Assembly (NCBI GenBank): GCA_949289575.1 | Contig: CASEOG010000002.1 | Coordinates: 160,254-224,253 of the forward strand | Source of the DNA: an uncultured Spirochaetales bacterium | Lineage (GTDB): Bacteria > Spirochaetota > Spirochaetia > JAFGXN01 | Reading direction: 5' to 3' | DNA length: 64,000 nt | In this document: positions 21,977 through 31,121 of the stretch, piece by piece | Layout: each line of letters begins with the position of its first letter | Position numbering within the stretch: position 1 is the first letter of the stretch | Program-made: the position numbers and the translations under genes | The notes under the pieces: generated by a model | What the model was told of the DNA's origin: nothing | Seen by the model: the letters and a program-made list of their open reading frames with translations, nothing else | Databases searched by the model: none

Positions 21977-23010
21977 GTCCGGAGAACAAATATGATCTGA
22001 TTGCACTGGGAGAAGTCATGCTCCGTCTGGATCCGGGGGACTTCAGAATCGCTCATGCACGTTCGTTTTCGGTTTGGGAAGGCGGGGGCGAATACAATAC
22101 GGCACGGGCATTTGCTTCCTGTTTTCGGCGTCGGAGTGCGGTTGTTACGGCTTTAGCCGATAATCCTGTCGGGCTTCTGATACGCAATTTGATAGCGGCC
22201 GGCGGAACGGATGTGAGATGGGTCGAAATGAGACCCTTTGACGGTACCGGAACCACTATCCGCAACGGTTTGAATTTTACGGAACGGGGATTCGGTGTCC
22301 GTGCGCCTTTGGGATGCAGCGACAGAGGCAACAGTGCGGCTTCGCAAATATCTCCCGGAGATTTTGACTGGAACGAAATTCTTTCCTCGGCAAAAATGTT
22401 TCATACCGGCGGAATTTTTGCATCGCTTTCCGAGTCGACAGCGGATACGGTGAAGGCTGCGGTGGCGGCAGCCCGGAAATATCATGTTCCGGTATCGTTT
22501 GATATCAATTACCGGCCTTCGTTATGGAAGAACCGGGGCGGCAGGGAGGCGGCTGCCCGGTTCTACGAAGAAATTGTTTCGGAAGCCGATTACCTGTTCG
22601 GAAGCGAAGAAGATTATGCGCTTCTGACAGGCGAAAAGGAGACGGCGGTCTTTCCCGATTCTCTGAAAGATGTTCTGCTGAAATTCCCGCATCTCAAAGG
22701 GGCCGGAGCCTCGAGCCGAACCGTCCTGTCTGCCAGCCGCAACCGTTGGCAGTGTCTGTTTGCCGACCGCAGCGCACTTTTCGAATCCCGTGTCTATGAT
22801 TTGGAGATTTATGATCGGGTCGGCGGAGGGGACGCTTTTGTTTCCGGATTTCTGGCAGCTGTTTCCGACGGTCTCGGCTATCGGGAGGCGGTGGAATGGG
22901 GCGCTGCCCACGGTGCCCTGGTTATGACGACGCCGGGAGACACCTCTTTTGCCGCACTTGACGAGGTGAAAGCTCTGGTCAAAGGCTGCGAAAGCCGGAT
23001 TCAGAGATAA
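21973..23010 (+). CDS. kdgK: PfkB sugar kinase, 2-keto-3-deoxygluconate kinase type
   Basis: LGEVMLRL, GGGEYN, SFDINYRPSLW and DRVGGGDAF motifs; overlaps eda. Confidence 0.88.
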   Translation: MSPENKYDLIALGEVMLRLDPGDFRIAHARSFSVWEGGGEYNTARAFASCFRRRSAVVTALADNPVGLLIRNLIAAGGTDVRWVEMRPFDGTGTTIRNGLNFTERGFGVRAPLGCSDRGNSAASQISPGDFDWNEILSSAKMFHTGGIFASLSESTADTVKAAVAAARKYHVPVSFDINYRPSLWKNRGGREAAARFYEEIVSEADYLFGSEEDYALLTGEKETAVFPDSLKDVLLKFPHLKGAGASSRTVLSASRNRWQCLFADRSALFESRVYDLEIYDRVGGGDAFVSGFLAAVSDGLGYREAVEWGAAHGALVMTTPGDTSFAALDEVKALVKGCESRIQR

Positions 23011-23013
23011 AAC

Positions 23014-23041
23014 TTGACAATTCGGTTTTTTGGGGTAGAAT
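23014..23041 (+). promoter_or_regulatory. sigma70 promoter
   Basis: TTGACA, 16 bp spacer, TAGAAT; AAAGGAG SD before 23061. Confidence 0.75.
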
Positions 23042-23060
23042 TACAGAAAGGAGCGTATAT

Positions 23061-23834
23061 ATGAATCGTTTTTTTGGGTTCGGAGAAGATTATTTTCGGG
23101 AGTTCGGGAAATTTCATGCTTTCACCCCCGAACATTTTTTAATGCTTGCCGGTTGTCTGGCGCTCTGGATTCTGATTCCGTTGGCAATGCGTAACCGAAG
23201 CGATCGGGCGCAGGCTCTGTTTCGAATCTGTCTGGCGCTTTTCATGATGAGCGCCGAATCTTCGTGGTATATCTGGTACGGAATACAACACGGATTGGAT
23301 GTCAAAATCAGTCTTCCGTTGCAGTTGTGCAGTTTTGCGCTTTATTCTTCCCTGATTCTGTTATTTACCGGTAAACAGATTTTTTTCGAAGTTTCCTATT
23401 TTCTCGGTTTGGGAGGAGCTCTTCAGGCCCTGATTACACCGAATCTCGAATATCACTTCCCGCATGTCCGATGGTATCACTTTACCGTCATTCATTTTAC
23501 ATTAATTCTGGTCCCTCTTTATTTTATCATTGTCCATAAATACAGAATTACATACAAGTCACTGTTTCGTGTAATGGGAATTTCTTCGGGACTGATGGCT
23601 TTCGTGATGATTATGAATCAGATTCTCGGAGCCAATTATATGTTTATTAATGGTCAGCCCGAGTTTCCTTCCATGATTGATCTTTTCGTGAAAGTATTCG
23701 GCCCCTGGCCGTTTTATATTGTCGGGATGCTTCTGTTGGCTTTTTTTGTTTTTCTGTTGCTCTACCTTCCGTTCGGAGAACAGCAGCTGGCAGCTTTTAT
23801 CCGATCGAAACGACGCGAATCCGGAGATCTCTGA
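23061..23834 (+). CDS. YwaF-like integral membrane protein
   Basis: F...HF, LPLQLC, G.GGALQALITP, H..L and GANYMF motifs; multiple TM helices. Confidence 0.8.
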   Translation: MNRFFGFGEDYFREFGKFHAFTPEHFLMLAGCLALWILIPLAMRNRSDRAQALFRICLALFMMSAESSWYIWYGIQHGLDVKISLPLQLCSFALYSSLILLFTGKQIFFEVSYFLGLGGALQALITPNLEYHFPHVRWYHFTVIHFTLILVPLYFIIVHKYRITYKSLFRVMGISSGLMAFVMIMNQILGANYMFINGQPEFPSMIDLFVKVFGPWPFYIVGMLLLAFFVFLLLYLPFGEQQLAAFIRSKRRESGDL

Positions 23835-23841
23835 TTAAAAC

Positions 23842-25095
23842 GTGCTTCTGATTTCATTTGTTGTCCTTTTATTTTTATCCGCCTTTTTTTCGGCAACGGA
23901 AACGGCTTTCACCTCTTTGTCGTTCGTTACAGTGAAAATGATGGGGGAGAGCCGTTCTCTTCCGTGCCGGCTTGTAGCCCGGCTGATGAAACGTCAGGAT
24001 TTGCTCCTCGGCACAATTCTGCTCGGAAACAATCTGGTGAATATTGCGGCGACTTCGATTGCGACAGCCTATACAATTGCCCGTTTCAGCGATGCCGCCG
24101 TAACGGTAGCGACACTGGTTGTAACCGTTATCGTTCTGATTTTCGGGGAGGTTACGCCGAAACAGGTGGCGTTGGCTCATAATGAATTTTTTGCAAAGGC
24201 CGCTGCCTTTCCGATGACGGTACTGATTCCTCTGTTCAGTCCTTTTGTCTATTCTGTTATGATTTTCAGTAAGGTAATAACCCGGCTGATTTCTCTGAAT
24301 AAGACAAAAAAACCGGTCTCTTTGGAGGCAATACTTCATATGGTCTCTCTAGCCGAGGACGTCGGTGTTGTCGAAGAGTACGAAAATAATATGGTAAAAA
24401 TGGTTTTCCGTCTGAACGATATTCCTGTTTCTTCGATTATGACACATCGGACGGATGTCTTCAGTATGGATGCGGAGACTACAGTCGACGAAGCGAGAGC
24501 AATCCTGAAAGATTCTCCTTCTTTTTCGAGAATCCCGATTTACGAAAAAGACAGCGAGAATATTCGGGGAATTGTATTGGCAAGAGATGTTCTGACATGC
24601 GAGGACGGAAACCGAAAGCTCAAATCTGTCGAATATAAACCGATTTTTGTTTCGGGAACAAAAAAAGTCAGTGAACTTTTGGCTATTTTCAAGATAAAAA
24701 AATTAAAAATGGCAGTGGTTCTCGATGAATACGGCGGTTTGGCCGGAATCGTGACTCAGGAAGATGTTGTCGAAGAAATTACCGGGGAGCTGTATGATGA
24801 AGATGAAGATCGGGCTCAAAGCCGGCTGATTCGTTTGGATGAAGACACTTTTCTGCTCAACGGCGACCTGCCGATCGACATTTTTTCGGGGGAGGTCGAT
24901 GTCGATTTGTGTCCGACACGTTACAGTCAGACCATGGCCGGATACATTTTTGAGTCACTCGGAAGGATTCCGGTCGAAGGGGAATCGGTTTTTATAACGA
25001 ACGGAAAGCTGACGGTCAGAAAAATGGACGGGAATCAGATTGTTCAAATACTTTTTAAAAAAGTCGAAAAAAGAGTTGACAATATAAAGGGATAA
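23842..25095 (+). CDS. CNNM/HlyC-CorC family protein (DUF21, CBS pair, CorC domain)
   Basis: FFSATETAF, ILLGNNLVNI, FGEVTPK, IMTHR, FSRIPIY and VLDEYGGLAGIVTQEDVVEEITGE motifs. Confidence 0.93.
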   Translation: MLLISFVVLLFLSAFFSATETAFTSLSFVTVKMMGESRSLPCRLVARLMKRQDLLLGTILLGNNLVNIAATSIATAYTIARFSDAAVTVATLVVTVIVLIFGEVTPKQVALAHNEFFAKAAAFPMTVLIPLFSPFVYSVMIFSKVITRLISLNKTKKPVSLEAILHMVSLAEDVGVVEEYENNMVKMVFRLNDIPVSSIMTHRTDVFSMDAETTVDEARAILKDSPSFSRIPIYEKDSENIRGIVLARDVLTCEDGNRKLKSVEYKPIFVSGTKKVSELLAIFKIKKLKMAVVLDEYGGLAGIVTQEDVVEEITGELYDEDEDRAQSRLIRLDEDTFLLNGDLPIDIFSGEVDVDLCPTRYSQTMAGYIFESLGRIPVEGESVFITNGKLTVRKMDGNQIVQILFKKVEKRVDNIKG

Positions 25096-25112
25096 CTTTA
25101 TAATGAATATAA
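25076..25112 (+). promoter_or_regulatory. Consensus sigma70 promoter of rubrerythrin with overlapping PerR-like box
   Basis: TTGACA, 17 bp spacer, TATAAT (25099-25104). TTATAATGAATATAA at 25098-25112 differs at one position from TTATAATnATTATAA. Confidence 0.75.
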
Positions 25113-25134
25113 ATTTTAATACGGAGGACAACAA

Positions 25135-25674
25135 ATGGAATTGAAAGGTTCAAAAACAGAACAAAATTTGATGATGGCTTTCGCCGGGGAATCTCAGGCC
25201 CGCAACAAGTACACTTATTACGCCGGAAAAGCGAAAAAAGAAGGATATGAGCAGATTGCTGCCATTTTCCAGGAAACGGCGGACAATGAAAAAGAACATG
25301 CCAAGATTTGGTTTAAACTCCTTCACGGCGGTTCCGTTGCTTCGACAGCCGAGAATCTGAAAGATGCCGCAGCGGGCGAAAATTACGAATGGACCGACAT
25401 GTATGCCACTTTTGCAAAAGAAGCAAAAGCCGAAGGTTTCGATCAGATTGCTTTCCTGTTCGAATCGGTTGCCAAAATCGAAAAAGAGCACGAAGAGCGG
25501 TATAAAGCATTGCTGAACAATATCGAAACCGGATCGGTTTTCAAGAAGACCGAAAAAACGGTTTGGATTTGTCGGAACTGCGGACATATTTATGACGGAG
25601 CCGAAGCTCCCCAGAAATGTCCCGTATGCGATCATCCGCAGGCTTATTTCCAGCTGAGAGTGATTTCTTACTAA
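25135..25674 (+). CDS. rbr: Rubrerythrin
   Basis: [27 protein letters not shown] and the C-terminal CRNCG...CPVC. Confidence 0.96.
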   Translation: MELKGSKTEQNLMMAFAGESQARNKYTYYAGKAKKEGYEQIAAIFQETADNEKEHAKIWFKLLHGGSVASTAENLKDAAAGENYEWTDMYATFAKEAKAEGFDQIAFLFESVAKIEKEHEERYKALLNNIETGSVFKKTEKTVWICRNCGHIYDGAEAPQKCPVCDHPQAYFQLRVISY

Positions 25675-25703
25675 AAAAAAGCTGCCGCAAGGCAGCTTTT
25701 TTT
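25673..25703. terminator. Bidirectional intrinsic terminator
   Basis: A-tract, GCTGCC-gcaa-GGCAGC, T-tract. Confidence 0.88.
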
Positions 25704-26163
25704 ACAAGTCAAGAAACATGGCGGTTTCGTCGCAATGCTCGAGTTTGGGACACTCCAGACATTCCCGCCACATTTTCCGCGGAAACTGGTCTTTGTCCGT
25801 AACGGAAAATCCTATTTTTTTAAAAAATTCGACCTGATAGGTCAGTGCAATGACTTTCGGGAATCCCAAATCGGAGGCCCTTTTTATCAGAGAGCGGCAC
25901 AGCATCGTTCCGATTCCGAGTCCCTGATATTCGTCGGCAACGGCCAGGGCCATAATTTCCGCCATATCGGTCCAAAGAGGAGTCAGTGCCGCACAGGCAA
26001 CAACCGTTTTTTCCGCATTTTCGACAACCGAAAAATTATTAAGCATTGTAATAATTTTATACTTGCTTCTGGGAAGCATCAGTCCGACCTGTGCGTGGTC
26101 GTTTGTCAAATGAAAAATAGCATTTACATCGTGGACTGTTGCTGCGCGTACCTGATAACTCAT
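25702..26163 (-). CDS. argA: GNAT N-acetyltransferase, probable short N-acetylglutamate synthase
   Basis: MLPRS, AEIMALAV, YQGLGIG, ALTYQVEFF and ECLECPK motifs; directly downstream of argG. Confidence 0.75.
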   Translation of the reverse strand: MSYQVRAATVHDVNAIFHLTNDHAQVGLMLPRSKYKIITMLNNFSVVENAEKTVVACAALTPLWTDMAEIMALAVADEYQGLGIGTMLCRSLIKRASDLGFPKVIALTYQVEFFKKIGFSVTDKDQFPRKMWRECLECPKLEHCDETAMFLDL

Positions 26164-26175
26164 TTTATATTCCTT

Positions 26176-27399
26176 TCAGTTTTCCTTTTTGGCGTTTTTG
26201 CGGACATGAGCGACGACTTTTGTCGGAAGACCGAACAGGTTGATGAATCCGCCCGCATCCTTGTGATTGTAGGACGACTCGCCGAAGGAGGCCAGCTCTT
26301 CGCTGTAAATCGAATAGGGCGAAGTTCTGCCGGCAATGATGATGTTTCCTTTATACAAAGCAACTGTAACGGAACCGGTTGTATATTCGCAGGCGCTGGC
26401 CATAAACGCTTCCAGCGCTTCACGGGCGGGAGAGTACCATTTCCCCGTGTAAAGAAGTTCCGCATAGTTTATCGCAAGATGCTGTTTCAGGCTGAGCGTA
26501 TCGGCATCGAGTGTCAGCATTTCCAATTCTTTTAATGCCGTGTAAAGAATCGTTCCTGCGGGTGTTTCGTAGACGCCGCGGCTTTTCATACCGACTGTCC
26601 GGCTTTCAACCAGATCGGCTCTGCCGATGCCGTTTTCGCCGCCGAGTTTATTCAGCGTCATAATAATCTCTGTTCCCGACATTTTTTCGCCGTTGATTCC
26701 GACAGGAATTCCTTTCTCGAAATCGATTGTGATGACGGTTTCGGTATCGGGAGCAGCCTTCGGCGATACAGTCAGTTGAAAAAGCGATTCCTGAGGCCTG
26801 TTGGCAGGATCTTCGAGATCGGCTCCTTCATGACTCATGTGCCACATATTCCAGTCGCGGGAGTAAATGTTTTTCTTTGTGATGTTTCCGAGAGGAACAT
26901 TGTGAGCCTGCGCATAATCGATGGCCTGTTCGCGGCTGTGAATATCCCAAATTCTCCACGGAGCAATAATGGTCAGTTCCGGCGCAATTGCTTTGAATGT
27001 CAGCTCGAAGCGGACCTGATCGTTTCCTTTTCCCGTACAGCCGTGACAAATCGCATCGGCATTCTCTTTCAAAGCGATTTCGGCAATATGTTTGGCCTGA
27101 AGCGGGCGGGCAATCGAGGTTCCCAACATGTATTTGCCTTCATAGATGGCTCCCGCACGGGTCATCGGGAAAATCAGATCCTGAGCCAGCTCCTCTTTGA
27201 TGTCGAGGATGTAGAGTTTGGAAGCGCCGGAAGCTTCGGCTTTTGCCTTCATGGCCTCCCAGTCCTCTTTCTGTCCGACATCGGTACAGACGCCGATGAT
27301 TTCGGCATTATTGTAGTTTTCTTTCAGCCACGGAATAATGATGGATGTATCCAAACCTCCCGAATAAGCCAAAACGATTTTTTTGATTTCCTTTGCCAT
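26176..27399 (-). CDS. argG: Argininosuccinate synthase
   Basis: LAYSGGLDTS, HGCTGKGNDQVRFE and SRGVYETPAG motifs. Confidence 0.98.
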   Translation of the reverse strand: MAKEIKKIVLAYSGGLDTSIIIPWLKENYNNAEIIGVCTDVGQKEDWEAMKAKAEASGASKLYILDIKEELAQDLIFPMTRAGAIYEGKYMLGTSIARPLQAKHIAEIALKENADAICHGCTGKGNDQVRFELTFKAIAPELTIIAPWRIWDIHSREQAIDYAQAHNVPLGNITKKNIYSRDWNMWHMSHEGADLEDPANRPQESLFQLTVSPKAAPDTETVITIDFEKGIPVGINGEKMSGTEIIMTLNKLGGENGIGRADLVESRTVGMKSRGVYETPAGTILYTALKELEMLTLDADTLSLKQHLAINYAELLYTGKWYSPAREALEAFMASACEYTTGSVTVALYKGNIIIAGRTSPYSIYSEELASFGESSYNHKDAGGFINLFGLPTKVVAHVRKNAKKEN

Positions 27400-27415
27400 A
27401 ACAATCTCCTTTGAA

Positions 27416-27474
27416 GATGTATAATTATTTTTATTGTTTAATAAATATACATTTTTTCTCCGATTTCATCAAGT
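27416..27474 (-). promoter_or_regulatory. argG promoter with tandem ARG boxes
   Basis: On the minus strand: TTGATG, 17 bp spacer, TATATT. ARG-box-like 18-mers AATGTATATTTATTAAAC (27436-27453) and TAAAAATAATTATACATC (27416-27433) lie 2 nt apart. Confidence 0.7.
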
Positions 27475-27530
27475 CCTTTCGGGCCTGCGGTTGCAAAAAG
27501 ATTCACCCGGTGACATTTGCCCCAATAAAA

Positions 27531-28724
27531 TCAGCAACCCGAGAGTACCTTTTCGATAACAGCGATTCCTTCGTCAATCTCTTCGTGCGAAATAATAAGC
27601 GGAGGAACAAGACGGAGAACATCGGTACCGGCTCTGAGCAGGATCAGACCGTTTGCTTCGCATTCGCGGATAACATCGGAAGGATTCATGTCTTTAAGAA
27701 CCAGACCGCAGATTAAACCGATTCCTCTGACCTCCGAGATAAGCTGAGGATACCGGTTTTTCAGTTCGGTCAGTCGCTTGCGCAGATAGATTCCCTTTTC
27801 TTTGATCTCGTTCAGAAAATCAGGATTCAGAAGTGTGTCGGTCATGTGATTGGCCACGGCGCAACAGACCGGATTCCCGCCGAATGTCGAACCGTGGTCT
27901 CCGGGGTGGATGACATCGTTGATTTTCTTTCGGACAAGAGTTGCCCCGAGCGGAAGACCTCCCGCAATCGGTTTTCCCAATGTGATAATATCGGGATTCA
28001 AACCGCAGGCTGCCGATGCAAACGGATATCCTGTCCGTCCGAGGCCGGCCTGAATTTCGTCGGCTATCAGGACAATGTCGTAACCTTTGCACAGTTCGTT
28101 CAGTTTCGCGGCAAATTCGGGTGTCATCACATGGATGCCGCCTTCTCCCTGAACCGGTTCGACGATAACAGCCGCAAACGAATCGTTTAAAGCGGCTTCG
28201 AGAGAGGCGATGTCGTTAAAGACGGCCGTGTAGCATTCGGGCAGCAGCGGCCGGTACGATTTCTGGTATTTTTCGTTCGGGGTGACGGAGAGCGTTCCCG
28301 CCGTCCGGCCGTGAAAAGCGGATTCGAAGCTGAGATAAGCGACCGCTTTTTCCCCTTTACGGGCTTTTGCGTAAATACGGGCAAATTTCAGAGCAGCTTC
28401 ATTGGCTTCCGTTCCGCTGTTGCCGAAAAAAACAGCTTCGTAGCCGGAAGCGGCTGTCAGCTTTTGTGCCAATGTTAACGTCGGAATTGTGGAAAAAAGA
28501 TTGGAGCAGTGTATGATTTTTTCCGCCTGACGGCTCATGATTTCGGCGATGTCTTTTCTGCCGTAACCGAGAGCATTAACGGCAATACCGGCTGCCATAT
28601 CGAGATAGCGGTTGCCTTTTATATCATAGAGATGACACCCCTCACCGCGGTCGAAAACCAAAAAACGGTCCGCATAGTTGCGGCAAAGCGGGGGATTGAT
28701 ACTGTACGCATCCTGGTTGTTCAT
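27531..28724 (-). CDS. argD: Acetylornithine aminotransferase
   Basis: GIAVNALG, NSGTEANEAALK, FHGRT, EPVQGEGG, DEIQAGLGRTG and LRLVPPL motifs; sits in the arg operon. Confidence 0.93.
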   Translation of the reverse strand: MNNQDAYSINPPLCRNYADRFLVFDRGEGCHLYDIKGNRYLDMAAGIAVNALGYGRKDIAEIMSRQAEKIIHCSNLFSTIPTLTLAQKLTAASGYEAVFFGNSGTEANEAALKFARIYAKARKGEKAVAYLSFESAFHGRTAGTLSVTPNEKYQKSYRPLLPECYTAVFNDIASLEAALNDSFAAVIVEPVQGEGGIHVMTPEFAAKLNELCKGYDIVLIADEIQAGLGRTGYPFASAACGLNPDIITLGKPIAGGLPLGATLVRKKINDVIHPGDHGSTFGGNPVCCAVANHMTDTLLNPDFLNEIKEKGIYLRKRLTELKNRYPQLISEVRGIGLICGLVLKDMNPSDVIRECEANGLILLRAGTDVLRLVPPLIISHEEIDEGIAVIEKVLSGC

Positions 28725-28736
28725 ATTTCGTCTCCT

Positions 28737-29501
28737 TCAGTCCGAAAAGGTAATCGAAGTCCCTTTTGTACCCGATTCCAGCCGGTGCAAGTCACCCTCT
28801 TCCTCGTATCCGCCGATGATAACGGAACCGACTCCGTTGGCAACGGCTTCGACAGATGAGTTCACTTTGGGAATCATACCTCCCGAAATCACTCCCGATT
28901 CGATTTCCGCGGCGACAGTCTTCCTGTCGAGACGGGGAATAACGGTTCCTTCTTTCAGTACGCCCGGTATATCGGAAATATAAATCAGTCGGGTCGCCTT
29001 TAAAGCGGAAGCCAGAGCCAGAGCCGCTTCGTCGGCATTGATGTTTAAAGGAAGCCCCGTATCGGTCATGGATGTGGTTGCGATAATCGGAAAACAGCCG
29101 TTTTCAAGCAGCAGTTTGAGGAGGCCGGTGTCGGTTGCGGTCACGGTTCCGGTGCAGGATCCGTCGGAAACGGCCCTTCCCGTAAAGAGTTTTGCATCCG
29201 AACCGCTCAGCCCGACTCCGTTCAATCCGGCACGGGCGGCCATTCTGACCAGCTCCTTATTGATTTTTCCGGCCAGAACGGCATCGACGACAGCCATCTC
29301 TTCGGGAGAGGTAAAACGGATTCCGTTTACAAATCGGGATTCGATTCCGAAGCGTGCCGCAGCAGACGTAACTTCGGCTCCTCCGCCGTGAACCAGAATA
29401 TATGAAACGGAAGAGGCGGTCGCCATATCGCGAAGAAGAGCTTCCGTTTTTGTTTTTTCCGAGGCGACGCGGCCTCCGATTTTGACAACAGCAATCTCCA
29501 T
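28737..29501 (-). CDS. argB: Acetylglutamate kinase
   Basis: VVKIGG, VHGGG, NINADEAA, SDIPGV and SGGMIPK motifs. Confidence 0.95.
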   Translation of the reverse strand: MEIAVVKIGGRVASEKTKTEALLRDMATASSVSYILVHGGGAEVTSAAARFGIESRFVNGIRFTSPEEMAVVDAVLAGKINKELVRMAARAGLNGVGLSGSDAKLFTGRAVSDGSCTGTVTATDTGLLKLLLENGCFPIIATTSMTDTGLPLNINADEAALALASALKATRLIYISDIPGVLKEGTVIPRLDRKTVAAEIESGVISGGMIPKVNSSVEAVANGVGSVIIGGYEEEGDLHRLESGTKGTSITFSD

Positions 29502-30538
29502 TACAGTTCTCCGAAAATATTAAGTCCGGCCGTTTCTTTGAATCCGAATCTGACGTTCATGTTTTGGACGGCCTGACCGGAGGCTCCTTTCATCAGATTG
29601 TCGATAACAGACATAAAAATGACCTGTTTGCCGAAAATTCTCCACCCGATATCGCACCGGTTGGAACCCAAAACATCGGCTGTTTCGGGGATACGTCCGT
29701 TACCGACGATGTTGATAAAAGGAGAATTTTTGTAGAAGCGGTTCAGTGTCGATTCAATCATTTCGTCGGTCAGTTCTTTTTTAAAAGAAACAAACGAAGT
29801 GACGGCCATGCCGCGTTTCAGCGGGACCAGGTGAGGCGTAAAGAAAATGTCGGTTCCGCATCGCGCCTTGTTCAGTTCCTGCTCGATTTCCTGTGTATGC
29901 CGGTGCAGCTTGCCCGGATTATAGGCACCGCAGTTTTCATCTCTCTGACAATACATCAGATTTTCTTTCAGATTTTTCCCCGCTCCCGAAATTCCCGAAA
30001 GAGCATTGACCACAATGGGGCCCGTATGTTTAAACTTTTTCAGAATCGGATATAGAGGCAGAGTCGTACAGGTCGGGTAACATCCCGGATTGGCAATCAG
30101 GGACGCTTTTTTGATCTCCTTCTTATAAACTTCGACCAGACCGAAAACAGCCCGGTCGAGCAGATCGGGACGGGGCGGTTCCTGACCGTAAGCCTCTTTG
30201 AAGACATTCCGATCTTTGATTCGGAAATCGGCCGAGAGGTCGATTACAACCGCATTATCGAAGAAAGGAGCACAAACTTCCGCACTTTTCAAGTGAGGAA
30301 GAGCCGCAAAAACAACGTCCGGTTTCATTTCCGTTGCTGTTTGAACCGATACGTATCGATAATCGGTTTCGGCTGTTTTTTTCATCGGTTTTCCGATGGC
30401 GGCGTCCGTATCCGTTACGGGCGTTCCCGCCTTTGTCGAAGAAACGGGAATAACGGTTTTGATTTTCGGATGATTCTCCAATAAACGTAATAAAATTTGT
30501 CCGGTATATCCGGAAGCTCCGATAATTGCTGCTTTCAT
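29501..30538 (-). CDS. argC: N-acetyl-gamma-glutamyl-phosphate reductase
   Basis: IIGASGYTG, ALPH, IDLSADFR, IANPGCYPT, SGISGAG and DNLMKGASGQAVQNMN motifs. Confidence 0.97.
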   Translation of the reverse strand: MKAAIIGASGYTGQILLRLLENHPKIKTVIPVSSTKAGTPVTDTDAAIGKPMKKTAETDYRYVSVQTATEMKPDVVFAALPHLKSAEVCAPFFDNAVVIDLSADFRIKDRNVFKEAYGQEPPRPDLLDRAVFGLVEVYKKEIKKASLIANPGCYPTCTTLPLYPILKKFKHTGPIVVNALSGISGAGKNLKENLMYCQRDENCGAYNPGKLHRHTQEIEQELNKARCGTDIFFTPHLVPLKRGMAVTSFVSFKKELTDEMIESTLNRFYKNSPFINIVGNGRIPETADVLGSNRCDIGWRIFGKQVIFMSVIDNLMKGASGQAVQNMNVRFGFKETAGLNIFGEL

Positions 30539-31005
30539 TCCGACTCCTTATCCGGTGCATTTCCGGACAAACATGCTAAAATATCCGATTTACGGGCTTC
30601 GTCGCTTATGACAAAAAAAATGGTATCGTCTCCGGCGATGGTCCCCAAAATATCGGGAATGTTCAGTCTGTCGATGGCCAGCGCGACGCTGTCGGCATGA
30701 CCCGTTTGGGTTTTGATAACACCGATATTTCCCGAGAAGGCAACGGAAATCAGTCCTCTGGCAATATCGCGTAAATACTCTTTTTTGTGGGCGGTCGATT
30801 CGTGGTGATCGTTGATTATATAACGGTATCCGCGCGTATCGGCGATTTTGGCCACTTTGAGCTGTTTCAGATCCCGGGAGAGAGTCGCCTGAGTCAACGT
30901 AATTCCTTCTTTTTGCAGTTTGGTCAGCAGGTCTTCCTGAGACTCAATCCGCTCTCCCGAAATAAAGTCTCTAATCAGCTGCAGACGATAATTTTTATTT
31001 AACAT
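30535..31005 (-). CDS. argR: Arginine repressor
   Basis: SQEDL, TQATLSRDL and ILGTIAGDDTI motifs. True start is MLNKNYRL at 31005. Confidence 0.96.
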   Translation of the reverse strand: MLNKNYRLQLIRDFISGERIESQEDLLTKLQKEGITLTQATLSRDLKQLKVAKIADTRGYRYIINDHHESTAHKKEYLRDIARGLISVAFSGNIGVIKTQTGHADSVALAIDRLNIPDILGTIAGDDTIFFVISDEARKSDILACLSGNAPDKESE

Positions 31006-31042
31006 CACGTATAAATATACACTATTTCGACCGAATTGGCAA
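31006..31042 (-). promoter_or_regulatory. argR operon promoter with overlapping ARG box
   Basis: TTGCCA (31037-31042), 17 bp spacer, TATATT (31014-31019), 8 nt to the ATG. ARG-like AGTGTATATTTATACGTG at 31006-31023. Shares ATAAATATACA (+ strand) with the argG promoter. Confidence 0.75.
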
Positions 31043-31121
31043 TCTCTTTTTCGGCGAAGATGACAAAAGGTCTTTTTTTTCGCGCCAATATATGATAAAA
31101 TAGCCGGAACGGAGGCTGTTT

